From Macrostomum hystrix (lineage: Eukaryota; Animalia; Platyhelminthes), in NCBI GenBank assembly GCA_950097015.1, contig CATNEN010000026.1, positions 124,001 through 188,000 on the forward strand: 64,000 nt of DNA. Reading direction: 5' to 3'. The notes below the pieces were generated by a model. The model made no database searches. It was not told the DNA's origin and was given only the letters and a program-made list of their open reading frames with translations. Made by a program: the position numbers and the translations under genes. The stretch's first letter is position 1, and each line of letters opens with the position of its first letter. Positions 49,555 through 61,144 of the stretch are shown one piece after another.

Positions 49555-52500
49555 ATGCCCGTCTGGTTGCTGATTGCCGCGGTGGCTGCCGGTGTGGCGG
49601 CTGTGATAACTGGCGAGGAGGCTGCAATAATGGTGCCGCTGGACAATGGCACCAGATTGAGATTTACCGCTTGTGAGAATCAACTGGACGCTTTCACACT
49701 GTTCACAGCGCCCACAATGGGAGACGAAGCATTCTCAGTTGCTTGGCAACCGAAAACCAAATCGATATTGTTTAGTCAGCCTCGTCTGGGAAAATTGGAG
49801 GCCTGCAGTTTGGAAGGCAAGCAGCAGCATCGCCAGATAGCGGATGTTCGATTATCCACCTCATTGTCTACAGATGGAAGTACAGTCAAGGTTGATATTG
49901 TTCTGAACGGCTTACCAGATGCTGCTGGAAAGCTTGGCAATGACGGCTGTCACTTTCAGGCGAACATTCCTGTCCAAGGCGCCGATGTAGAAGCGGCGTC
50001 CTCTGCGGAGCACCTGCTGGCACTGGCTGCGTTTGACGGCTGCGCTATGGATGAGGCGTCGGCTGGCGGCTTTCACTGCTTTCGCAACTGGACCGAGACC
50101 GCCTGCGGCAGCGGTGAGGCGTACAGAGGGGAGATTTAGAGGGCTGGCGGTGACAGACAAACTGGCTTAGAGGGACAAGATTGATAGTCAGTGATTTCTG
50201 TCAGGGATAAACAATAATTAGGTGACAGAATAACTGGGAGTGACAGAATAACTGGGAGTGACAGAATAACTGGGAGTGACAGAATAGCTGGGAGTGACAG
50301 AATAGCTGGGAGTGACAGAATAGCTGGGAGTGACAGAATAGCTGGGAGTGACAGAATAACTGGGAGTGACAGAATAACTGGGAGTGACAGAATAACTGGG
50401 AGTGACAGAATAACTGGGAGTGACAGAATAACTGGGAGTGACAGAATAACTGGGAGTGACAGAATAACTGGGAGTGACAGAATAACTGGGAGTGACAGAA
50501 TAGCTGAGAGTGACAGAATAGCTGAGAGTGACAGAATAGCTGGGAGTGACAGAATAACTGGGAGTGACAGAATAACTGGGAGTGACAGAATAGCTGGGAG
50601 TGACAGAATAGCTGGGCGTGACAGAATAACTGGGAGTGACAGAATAACTGGGAGTGACAGAATAACTGGGAGTGACAGAATAACTGGGAGTGACAGAATA
50701 ACTGGGAGTGACAGAATAACTGGGAGTGACAGAATAGCTGAGAGTGACAGAATAGCTGAGAGTGACAGAATAGCTGGGAGTGACAGAATAACTGGGAGTG
50801 ACAGAATAACTGGGAGTGACAGAATAACTGGGAGTGACAGAATAGCTGGGAGTGACAGAATAGCTGGGAGTGACAGAATAGCTGAGAGTGAGAGAATAAT
50901 ATGAGTTAGTTAAATTTGAGTTGGCTTGACAGTTTTGACAATGCTGCACTTATTTTTATTCGGTACATCAAATCACAGATTCATAAAAGAACATCCCCGC
51001 CAAATCTGTCAGTGCCGCCCGCGGACTCCCGATCTCGCGTCAGGCGAGCCACCTGCTCACCTGGCGACTGTCAGAACGGCGGCGTCTGCAACAACATCAC
51101 CAGCTCGCCGGCTTGCATCTGCCCGCTGCCTTTCATAGCCCCTAACTGCAACGCCTTCTCGGACTACTGCAGTCAGGAGCAGCCGGATCTGAACATCACT
51201 AACCTGCCCGTGTGTATCAATGGCACCTGCGCCAATGTTACACTGACGCCGCCATACTTCAACTGTGTCTGCACGCCTGGCTTTGAAGGTTATTGAAGAG
51301 ATTTTTTCTGGGATAGGGCCGGTTGAGTAGCGGCGTGATAATTTCCACCAGTACAGAAGTACATACGCCTGTCTGGCAATGAGAAAGTCAATAATATTAT
51401 TAATAACAATACGAGATAATACGAGACAATACGAGACAGTGTGTGTGTCTGGGGTCAGTGGCAGTAGTCAAACTCCTCCTCGCTGACTGTGGGTCGAACA
51501 TCATCAACAGTTGCGTCACTACCCGCCACCCCTGCAATTGATAATAGCCCTACTGTGTTATAACAATAAGGACACTAAGTGGTAGAACAATTTTGGTGGT
51601 TTTAGCGGCCGCTCAGTCCATGGACTGAACAGTTGTACACAGCAATAGCTAAGACTATGCCACACTGGCTGTGCATCCGACCTTACCGCCTTACTGGATA
51701 TATAAATGTTCCAGTCTGTGTGCCATCATTTGATAATTTTATAAAACCCAAACTTGGAATTCATAATATAAAAAAATAGATTAGAATACGGCTCAGATTA
51801 AATGCGTTAATTCCCAAACACCAATTTTCAAGCCAGGGTCATAAGCAGATCACAAGCCAGTCCTTTTCACTTGCCAAATAATTCTTCCCAACAAGTTTTT
51901 GTGTGTGGTGTGTTTTCCCAAAAATATCGCCCTCTTGTTCCAAATTTCTCGCCTTGAACGCAGCATAAAACTTGATTGTGCACAGCAGCTGTTGCTTTCA
52001 AGTCAAGATTGGGTGTGGCTGTTGCTAGGGCCTTTAGCCTCAGCTAGGCACGAACCTTCAATTTATTTCAAACAGGTTGTTTTTATAATTCTACGCAAAC
52101 TTAACAGTTAACTAAAATCTAAGTTCTTAAAATATTCGCTTTACTAAAATCTGTTTCGCTAATAAAACTTAAAAAAGTAAATTTTACCATTAATCTTCTT
52201 TCAGTAATGTACGAACTGTGATACGTTCTCGTTAATATAGCTATCAATATACTAGGCTGAAAATGTTTTTTTTATTTGAAATAGCATATATACGTATGTA
52301 GTTTTAATACACTGTAAATTTATAAAGTTGGTATAATATAATATAGTCTAGGAATTCCATTAATAATTCTGCTGAAAGTGTACAGATTCTATACAGCTAA
52401 CTGTAGGGATTCGGTAAAGTACTGTGTACACATTCTGTAAAGTACTGTGTACACATTCTGTAAAGTACTGTGTACACATTCTGTAAGGTACGGTGTACAC

Positions 52501-55500
52501 ATTCTGTAAAGTACTGTGTACACATTCTGTAAAGTACTGTGTACACATTCTGTAAAGTACAGTGTACACATTCTGTAAAGTACAGTGTAGGGATTCTGTA
52601 AAGTACTGTGTACACATTCTGTAAAGTACAGTGTAGGGATTCTGTAAAGTACTGTGTACACATTCTGTAAGGTACTGTGTACACATTCTGTAAGGTACTG
52701 TGTACACATTCTGTATAGTACTGTGTACACATTCTGTAAAGTACTGTGTAAACATTCTGTAAAGTACTGTGTACACATTCTGTAAGGTACGGTGTACACA
52801 TTCTGTAAAGTACTGTGTACACATTCTGTAAAGTACTGTGTACACATTCTGTAAGGTACTGTGTACACATTCTGTAAAGTACTGTGTTCACATTCTGTAA
52901 AGTACTGTGTACACATTCTGTAAGGTACTGTGTACACATTCTGTAAAGTACTGTGTACACATTCTGTAAAGTACTGTGTAGGGATTCTGTACAGTACAGT
53001 GTTTGGGATTTCATCATAGTCTACGGAGCCTAGATTGGTCGTTCTAAGTAATTCGGATTCTAGCTACAGTTTCCAATCGGTACATTTAGTACAACCTACT
53101 TTGCATTTTCCAGGTCTCCGATGCGACAAAAAAGTTAACGAGTGCGCCACTAACCCCTGCATGAACGGTATCTGCCTTGGCGGTTTCAACAACTACAGCT
53201 GCAGCTGCTTCAATGGCTGGGAGGGTCGAAACTGCAGCGTCAACATCGACGACTGTTTATCTTGCCCAGTCCGCGAAAGATGCATCGATGGGAATGGAAC
53301 GTGAGCCTTCAGTTTGATTGATTGTTGTTCGACTTTTGGCATCGTGGATTTTGAGTTTGATGGGATTCTGAGATCTGTTGGGATTTTCAGGTCTATGGGA
53401 CTCTGAGTTTGATGGGATTCTGAGATCTGTTGGGATTCTGAGGTCTATGGGACTCTGAGTTTGATGGGATTCTGAGTTCTATGGGATTTTGTGGTCTATG
53501 GGACTCTGAGTTTGATGGGATTCTGAGTTCTATGGGATTTTGTGGTCTATGGGATTCTCAGGTCTATGGGATTTTGACTTCTATGGTATTCTAAGGTCTA
53601 TGGGACTCTGAGTTTGATGGGATTTTGAGTTCTATGGGATTTTTAGTTCTTTGGGATTTTGATTTTTATGGGATTCTGAGTTCTATGGGATTTTGAGTTC
53701 AATGGGATTTTGAGTTTTGTGGGATTCTGAGTTCCATGGGATTCTGAGTTCTATGAGATTTTGAGTTCTATGGGATTTTGAGTTTTATGGGATTCTGAGT
53801 TCTATGGGATTTTGAGTTCAATGGGATTTTGAGTTTTGTGGGATTTTTAGTTCTATGGGATTTTGAGTTTTATGGGATTTTGAGTTCTATGGAATTTTGA
53901 AGTCTATGGGATTCTGAGGGTTGATGGGATTCTTAGTTTGATGGGATTTTCAGGTCCATAAGATTCCGCGTTTCTGCTGGTTTGTTGAGTTCCATAGGGA
54001 AAATAATTAGCCAATGGCATTCGCATCGATACCGCATCCTCATTGTGAATTCTTACCGAATTCGTCGTCAACCAGTTGCGGCTGTGTTTCGGGCTGGATG
54101 GGTCTGGAGTGCAACATCACGGACTACTGCGCCAGGAGCTCCTGTCCCAATGGCACCGCGTGCTTTCACGTTGATCCGCCTACTTTCGAGTGTGAGTACC
54201 CGGCGTAGTGACATTTCTAAAAAATCTGTCAAAATATCGGTTGCTTCTATCCTAATCCTCAGGTTGAGTTGCTATCATCCCCAGATACTCAGGTTGAGTT
54301 GCTGTCATCCCAAGATCCTCAGGTTGAGTTGCTATCATCCCCAGATCCTCAGGTTGAGTTGCTGTCATCCCCAGATACTCAGGTTGAGTTGCTGTCATCC
54401 CAAGATCCTCAGGTTGAGTTGCTGTCATCCCCAGATCCTCAGGTTGAGTTGCTGTCATCCTCAGATCCTCAGGTTGAGTTGCTGTCATCCCAAGATCCTC
54501 AGGTTGAGTTGCTATCATCCTCAGATCCTCAGGTTGAGTTGCTATCATCCTCAGATCCTCAGGTTGAGTTGCTATCATCCTCAGATCCTCAGGTTGAGTT
54601 GCTATCATCCCCAGATACTCAGGTTGAGTTGCTATCATCCCCAGATACTCAGGTTGAGTTGCTATCATCCTCAGATCCTCAGGTTGAGTCGCTATCATCC
54701 TCAGATCCTCAGGTTGAGTTGCTATCATCCCCAGATACTCAGGTTGAGTTGCTATCATCCCCAGATACTCAGGTTGAGTTGCTATCATCCTCAGATCCTC
54801 AGGTTGAGTTGCTATCATCCTCAGATCCTCAGGTTGAGTTGCTATCATCCCCAGATACTCAGGTTGAGTTGCTGTCATCCCAAGATCCTCAGGTTGAGTT
54901 GCTGCCATCCCCAGATACAGTGTTTAAGAGACTGTGTCTAATGGACAGTGTTTAAGAGACTGTGTCTAATGGACAGTGTTTAAGAGACTGTGTCTAATGG
55001 ACAGTGTTTAAGAGACTGTGTCTAATGGACAGTGTTTAAGAGACTGTGTCTAATGGACAGTGTTTAAGAGACTGTGTCTAATGGACAGTGTTTAAGAGAT
55101 TGTGTCTAATGGACAGTGTTTAAGAGACTGTGTCTAATGGACAGTGTTTCAGAGACTGTGTCTAATGGACAGTGTTTAAGAGACTGTGTCTAATGGACAG
55201 TGTTTAAGAGACTGTGTCTAATGGACAGTGTTTAAGAGACTGTGTCTAATGGACAGTGTTTCAGAGACTGTGTCTAATGGACAGTGTTTAAGAGACTGTG
55301 TCTAATGGACAGTGTTTAAGAGACTGTGTCTAATGGACAGTGTTTAAGAGACTGTGTCTAATGGACAGTGTTTAAGAGATTGTGTCTAATGGACAGTGTT
55401 TAAGAGACTGTGTCTAATGGACAGTGTTTAAGAGATTGTGTCTAATGGACAGTGTTTAAGAGACTGTGTCTAATGGACAGTGTTTAAGAGACTGTGTCTA

Positions 55501-58147
55501 ATGGACAGTGTTTAAGAGACTGTGTCTAATGGACAGTGTTTAAGAGATTGTGTCTAATGGACAGTGTTTAAGAGACTGTGTCTAATGGACAGTGTTTAAG
55601 AGACTGTGTCTAATGGACAGTGTTTAAGAGACTGTGTCTAATGGACAGTGTTTAAGAGATTGTGTCTAATGGACAGTGTTTAAGAGACTGTGTCTAATGG
55701 ACAGTGTTTAAGAGATTGTGTCTAATGGACAGTGTTTAAGAGATTGTGTCTAATGGACAGTGTTTAAGAGACTGTGTCTAATGGACAGTGTTTAAGAGAC
55801 TGTGTCTAATGGACAGTGTTTAAGAGACTGTGTCTAATGGACAGTGTTTAAGAGATTGTGTCTAATGGACAGTGTTTAAGAGACTGTGTCTAATGGACAG
55901 TTTTTAAGAGATTGTGTCTAATGGACAGTGTTTAAGAGACTGTGTCTAATGGACAGTGTTTAAGAGATTGTGTCTAATGGACAGTGTTTAAGAGACTGTG
56001 TCTAATGGACAGTGTTTAAGAGACTGTGTCTAATGGACAGTGTTTAAGAGACTGTGTCTAATGGACAGTGTTTAAGAGACTGTGTCTAATGGACAGTGTT
56101 TAAGAGATTGTGTCTAATGGACAGTGTTTAAGAGATTGTGTCTAATGGACAATGTTTAAGAGACTGTGTCTAATGGACAGTGTTTAAGAGACTGTGTCTA
56201 ATGGACAGTGTTTAAGAGATTGTGTCTAATGGACAGTGTTTAAGAGACTGTGTCTAATGGACAGTGTTTAAGAGACTGTGTCTAATGGACAGTGTTTAAG
56301 AGACTGTGTCTAATGGACAGTGTTTAAGAGATTGTGTCTAATGGACAGTGTTTAAGAGATTGTGTCTAATGGACAGTGTTTAAGAGATTGTGTCTAATGG
56401 ACAGTGTTTAAGAGATTGTGTCTAATGGACAGTGTTTAAGAGACTGTGTCTAATGGACAGTGTTTAAGAGACTGTGTCTAATGGACAGTGTTTAAGAGAC
56501 TGTGTCTAATGGACAGTGTTTAAGAGATTGTGTCTAATGGACAGTGTTTAAGAGACTGTGTCTAATGGACAGTGTTTAAGAGATTGTGTCTAATGGACAG
56601 TGTTTAAGAGACTGTGTCTAATGGACAGTGTTTAAGAGACTGTGTCTAATGGACAGTGTTTAAGAGACTGTGTCTAATGGACAGTGTTTAAGAGACTGTG
56701 TCTAATGGACAGTGTTTAAGAGATTGTGTCTAATGGACAGTGTTTAAGAGACTGTCTAATGGACAGTGTTTAAGAGACTGTGTCTAATGGACAGTGTTTA
56801 AGAGACTGTGTTTAAGAGATTGTGTCTAATGTCTAAAGCAAGGCCCTACTAGGATAGAATTGTACTATCATGTAGTCCTTGTGTCCCAGTGGCAAAATCC
56901 AAGGTGTTTGTGTCAAACGACTTCTTTTTCTGTGTCATTTTTCAATGTGCTGAATTTGAACCAAAAATAATTCGAAAACCAATTCCAACGGTAACTCCCT
57001 GAAGGTCGAGCCGCCGCCACTTTCGCCTACGGTCGGGCTTTGCCGTCGCCGAACGCCTGGCGCCTATCGCCCTCCGGCGGCCTCGCCGAACCGTTGACCA
57101 GCGCCTTCGGCTGGCTGCGGACACGGCGAGCGGATTCTAATTCAACAGCGGCGACGCAGTTTCTGACTGTGTCGCGCGGCGACCGGAAATTCGTGGTAGC
57201 CGTGTCGCCCTCCGGTCAACTCGTCGCCAGCCTAGACAACCAGACGGCTACGGTGTCGCCTTTGTTCATAACCAATGGCGAATTATTCAGATTCAATCTC
57301 ACAATGCGGCCAGGCTCGCCATTGTCGCTAACTGTCTTCGCATTCAGCAACGACAGCTCCTGGCACGCGCAGAGTGCCGACATTCTACCCAATGTCAGCC
57401 TGACTCTCGACTCCGTTGCCATAGTAACACTGGGCGACGGATTCAAAGGCTGTCTCGACGGCGTGCGACTCAACAATCGCCTCCTGCCAATGTCCAACTG
57501 GACCCTGCCGGATGGCTATCCTGGCTTTGTCCGCTATGTTGATTGGCCAGCCAATCAGAGCGCGCCGGCGCCGCCACTCATTGGTTGCCATGGCGACCCG
57601 GTGTGCAGCCAAGATCCACAGCCGGCCTGTCTAAACTCCGGCCGCTGCGTTGACTTGTGGAATGCCCGAAGCTGCAGCTGCCAATCCGGCTACTCGGGCC
57701 CCGCCTGCGGCTTGGCCAACTGCGCCCTCGTGCCCTGCGCCGCCGCCATCGCTGGCGTCTCCACCCCGGTGGTGGTGACGCTCTGCGTGCTGGCGCTGAT
57801 TATTGTTGTTGTCATTAGTGAGTTGTCCTGTACTGTAGTGATCTAAATTCATTGGCTAAATCCATTTCGCCTATCATAGCAGTCGCAGTGCTTATTAGTT
57901 GCACAGATGCTAAATTGAATACCACCTACATATTATTTGCATGCTAGTCTAGTGAAATATTGATTTACTAAGACGCCTAATCCGCTTCATAATTGATTTT
58001 TTAGTTGTTGTTGTCCTGGTCAAGCTCGCCAGAAACCGGCGCTCAGAGACTGGGCAGTACCGGCCATCAAAGGAGGAGATTAATCACGGTAATAAAACTG
58101 GCACCCTCTCTGTGCTCAGGCCGCCGGTGGAGGAGCGTCTGATTTGA
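49555..58147 (+). CDS. crb: Compact Crumbs-family protein (signal peptide, unique N-domain, ~5 EGF, 1 LamG, EGF, TM, FERM- and PDZ-binding tail; 697 aa)
   Basis: Exons 49555-50113, 51013-51288, 53114-53300, 54076-54191, 57005-57817, 58005-58147 total 2094 nt in frame. Tail RRSETGQYRPSKEE...RPPVEERLI* carries the Crumbs GxYxPSxxE and ERLI signatures; LamG end FKGCLDGVRLN followed by CLNSGRCVDLWN. Confidence 0.92.
50220..50895. repeat. 18-bp minisatellite (GGGAGTGACAGAATAACT), ~37 copies, crumbs intron 1
   Basis: Visible array; source of the SYSVTP ORF. Confidence 0.95.
51600..51710 (+). mobile_element. SINE family A, 3' fragment
   Basis: CAGTCCATGGACTGAACAG...CTGTGC...CTG.GCATC resembles 10738-10800. 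Confidence 0.45.
52415..52995. repeat. 24-bp minisatellite (AAAGTACTGTGTACACATTCTGTA), ~24 copies, crumbs intron 2
   Basis: Visible array; unit includes the palindromes AGTACT and TGTGTACACA. Confidence 0.95.
53345..53960. repeat. Degenerate 17-19-bp minisatellite (TATGGGATT[T/C]TGAGTTC) filling crumbs intron 3
   Basis: Visible, diverged array. Confidence 0.85.
54255..54915. repeat. 30-bp minisatellite (CCTCAGGTTGAGTTGCTATCATCCTCAGAT), ~22 copies, crumbs intron 4
   Basis: Visible array; 10-aa periodic ORFs. Confidence 0.95.
54915..56830. repeat. 28-bp minisatellite (ATGGACAGTGTTTAAGAGACTGTGTCTA), ~68 copies, crumbs intron 4, abutting the 30-bp array
   Basis: Visible, highly homogeneous array. 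Confidence 0.97.
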
Positions 58148-58229
58148 ATCTATTTTCATTATGCTTTTCTATTCGTCTGACACACCTATTTATCTACACA
58201 TGTTTTAGCGCTGTTACTATGTTTATAAC

Positions 58230-58625
58230 GGAGGAGAATAGCGTCACTGCATGTTGTTACTATTTTTAGAACAGAAGGATGGATATTGTCACGCATTTGT
58301 TGTTGCTATACATAGAACAGGAGATAGCACCACTGCATGTTGTTGCTATTTTTAGAACACAGGATGACGTCATGCATATTGTTACTATATTTAGAATAGG
58401 GGATAGCGTCACTGTTAGTATACTAGTGCATCACTGCATGTTGTTACTATTTTTAGAACACAGGATGACGTCATGCATATTGTTACTATATTTAGAATAG
58501 GGGATAGCGTCACTGTTAGTATACTAGTGCATCACTGCATGTTGTTACTATTTTTAGAACACAGGATGACGTCATGCATATTGTTACTATATTTAGAATA
58601 GGGGATAGCGTCACTGTTAGTATAC
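58230..58625. repeat. ~101-bp tandem repeat x3-4 with internal sub-repeats, downstream of the crumbs stop
   Basis: GGATAGCGTCACTG recurs at 58401, 58502, 58603. Confidence 0.85.
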
Positions 58626-59964
58626 TTAGTCAAAGATGTACAAGGTATGACGAATTTCTTACGTGGCAGTATTAACTATCTTTTACGCTCGGAAGATCTG
58701 CAAACTCGCACATGCGTGTCTAATGGCACTCAATCTTGTGAGTAACACATTTCCAGACATGTTCTAATAATTTTACTAAACTTTACTTGAATTGTTGTTA
58801 TAATTTTTTTGCGCTAAACGGATGTTTTATTAATATTATCGATAGTTAATGCAAGATTTTGTCTAAGCGAAAGATCAAGTCACGTAAATTTACTTCCGTA
58901 TTGTAAGCTAATATGTTTTTTGGAATCCTCATTAATTAGTTATATTACTTATTCAGTAGTGCGAAGGGATTTAGTTATCTTATAGTCATAAAGGAAATAG
59001 GTGTTTAAGAGAGCTGTGTGTTGATACAGTTATCACGTCAACTAATATCGGAATCTATATTTTATTTATCGGTGTTTTTTGCGTTTCTTATAAGCCAATT
59101 CCATTATTTTTTACCCTTTAAACTGTGTTCAATAAATTTGTGTGCTTTGCAACGCATTTGTCTGCACGCCCACCTGATATCTGTATGCATCTGTATGTGA
59201 TCTGCGCCTGTGCCCACATTCCATGGACAGATAATATTATTAAACCCACCGTCTTAGTCCATACATATTGCTATACTGACATTCCATTACTTTGGATGTG
59301 GCTTCCTACTATTTACCTTTGTTTTTTTCATTCCAAGCGAATTATTTTTCTCCAGGTTTTGTCAGCTTTATACTACTGGTTATAAAAGCAGCTTGTGAGT
59401 AGTGTTGGGTGTATTTTTTTCATTTGCATTGATCTAATTGATTATCGCAAAATGAATTTACTGTGTCATTAACCTTATTGCTTGCAATGACACTTTAGTC
59501 GATGTTGCCACTTTGCAGTTCGGCCGTTGAGTTTATTTAACTACTTTGTTAGAAAAGTATTACTTACAGTAGCGTAAAAAGAAATATATACAATTTCGCG
59601 CTTTGTGGCGGAAAACGACAGAAACAGGCAATTTTTATTGGATTCGCAAGGCTCATTTAGTCAGGCCAGGTCAGCCTTGCTTTGTAGCACGACCGCAAAA
59701 TGTTGAGTGACGTCATTTTGAATTGATACAGCTTTGTGCTTACTTTTTCAATCTGTCTAGTTTGTGGGATAAATATCCCCCAGCCGCACTGCTCCCACTC
59801 TGTCCCACTTTGCAGACCGGCCAGGGTTGCCAGTCCGGGAGCCGGACACAGATTTGGACGACAATTTTGTGCTGGGCGACACGCAGGTGGCCAGGCTGTA
59901 ATTTCTGTGTTTAGTGTAGCCCAAATGTGTTACTGTTTATTGATACTCGAAATCCCCTGGCAAC

Positions 59965-60290
59965 CCATACGGATACAGTTCCCTTGGATACAGTCCCTTG
60001 AATACAGTTGCCATGGATACAGTCCCTTGGATACAGTTTCCGTGGATACAGTCCCTTGGATACAGTTGCCGTGGCTACAGTGCCTTGGATACAGTTGCCG
60101 TGGATACAGTCCCTTGGATACAGTTTCCGTGGATACAGTCCCTTGGATACAGTTGCCGTGGCTACAGTGCCTTGGATACAGTTGCCGTGGCTACAGTGCC
60201 TTGGATACAGTTGCCGTGGCTACAGTGCCTTGGATACAGTTCCCCTGGTTACAGTCCCTTGGATACAGTTGCCCTAGATACAGCCCATTA
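59965..60290. repeat. 14-15-bp minisatellite with core TGGATACAGT
   Basis: Visible array. Confidence 0.9.
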
Positions 60291-60749
60291 CAGTATACAA
60301 TCCGCGCTATGCAGTTTTTACTTTTAACTTTTTTAACTGCCAAAAAATAGTTAGTTTAGGCACTCTTTATTCTTGACACCTTGCTAATCATTTAATGGAC
60401 AAAATCACCTATGTAAATAGCTGAACTAGTAAGCACTGAGCATCGTCACTAAGACAGTATAGGAACACTTCAGTGCCTTGGGTCGATACACCCATTGTTA
60501 CATCTTAAATGTAGTACTACTAGTAGTGACGTGTCTAAACTTGTGTCATCTTTAAAAAATATAAAATTATAATTGACAGAACTCAGAACTCAAATTGCAG
60601 TCCGTGAAATTATGTGAGGTTAAATTATTATATTAATTTCATTTGCGCTTTTATGCCAAATATTCAAAATACTTGTAACATACTACTACTAACAGGTTAC
60701 TTTTCAACTACACTTATTAACCAGGCCTTTTACAGTATTTAACACTGTA

Positions 60750-60890
60750 TATGCAGTATCTGAGTCAGTTTCTATGCAGTATCTGAGTCTGTTTCTATGC
60801 AGTATCTGAGTCTGTTTCTATGCAGTATCTGAGTCTGTTTCTATGCAGTATCTGAGTCTGTTTCTATGCAGTATCTGAGACTGTTTCCAG
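60750..60890. repeat. 23-bp repeat (ATGCAGTATCTGAGTCTGTTTCT) x~6 ending in a 3' splice-site-like CTGTTTCCAG
   Basis: Visible. Confidence 0.85.
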
Positions 60891-61144
60891 ACAAAATCTG
60901 GACAAAGAAAATCAGACTCCACTACTTTGAGTAGTCGACACGACAGTGAATCATAGGAGAGCTTGCCGCTCGCATATGGTCTTGATAGCCGGCAACTCAA
61001 TCTCATCTCTACGAACTGCAGCCGAAGATGTTGGCCTGCTTCCTTGCAACTCGGCAGGTAATTTTGCTAGAATTAATCAAGAGTTAAATATGGTTAAGAT
61101 ATGCGGAATGATCAACTTCTACCAATCTTCTCTTCATCTAAATC

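Noticed and set aside
50218-56830. Periodic ORFs in crumbs introns (SYSVTP, YTVLYRMC, PQVELLSS, ATQPEDL)
   Set aside because: Translations of intronic minisatellites; flanking exons splice in frame without them.
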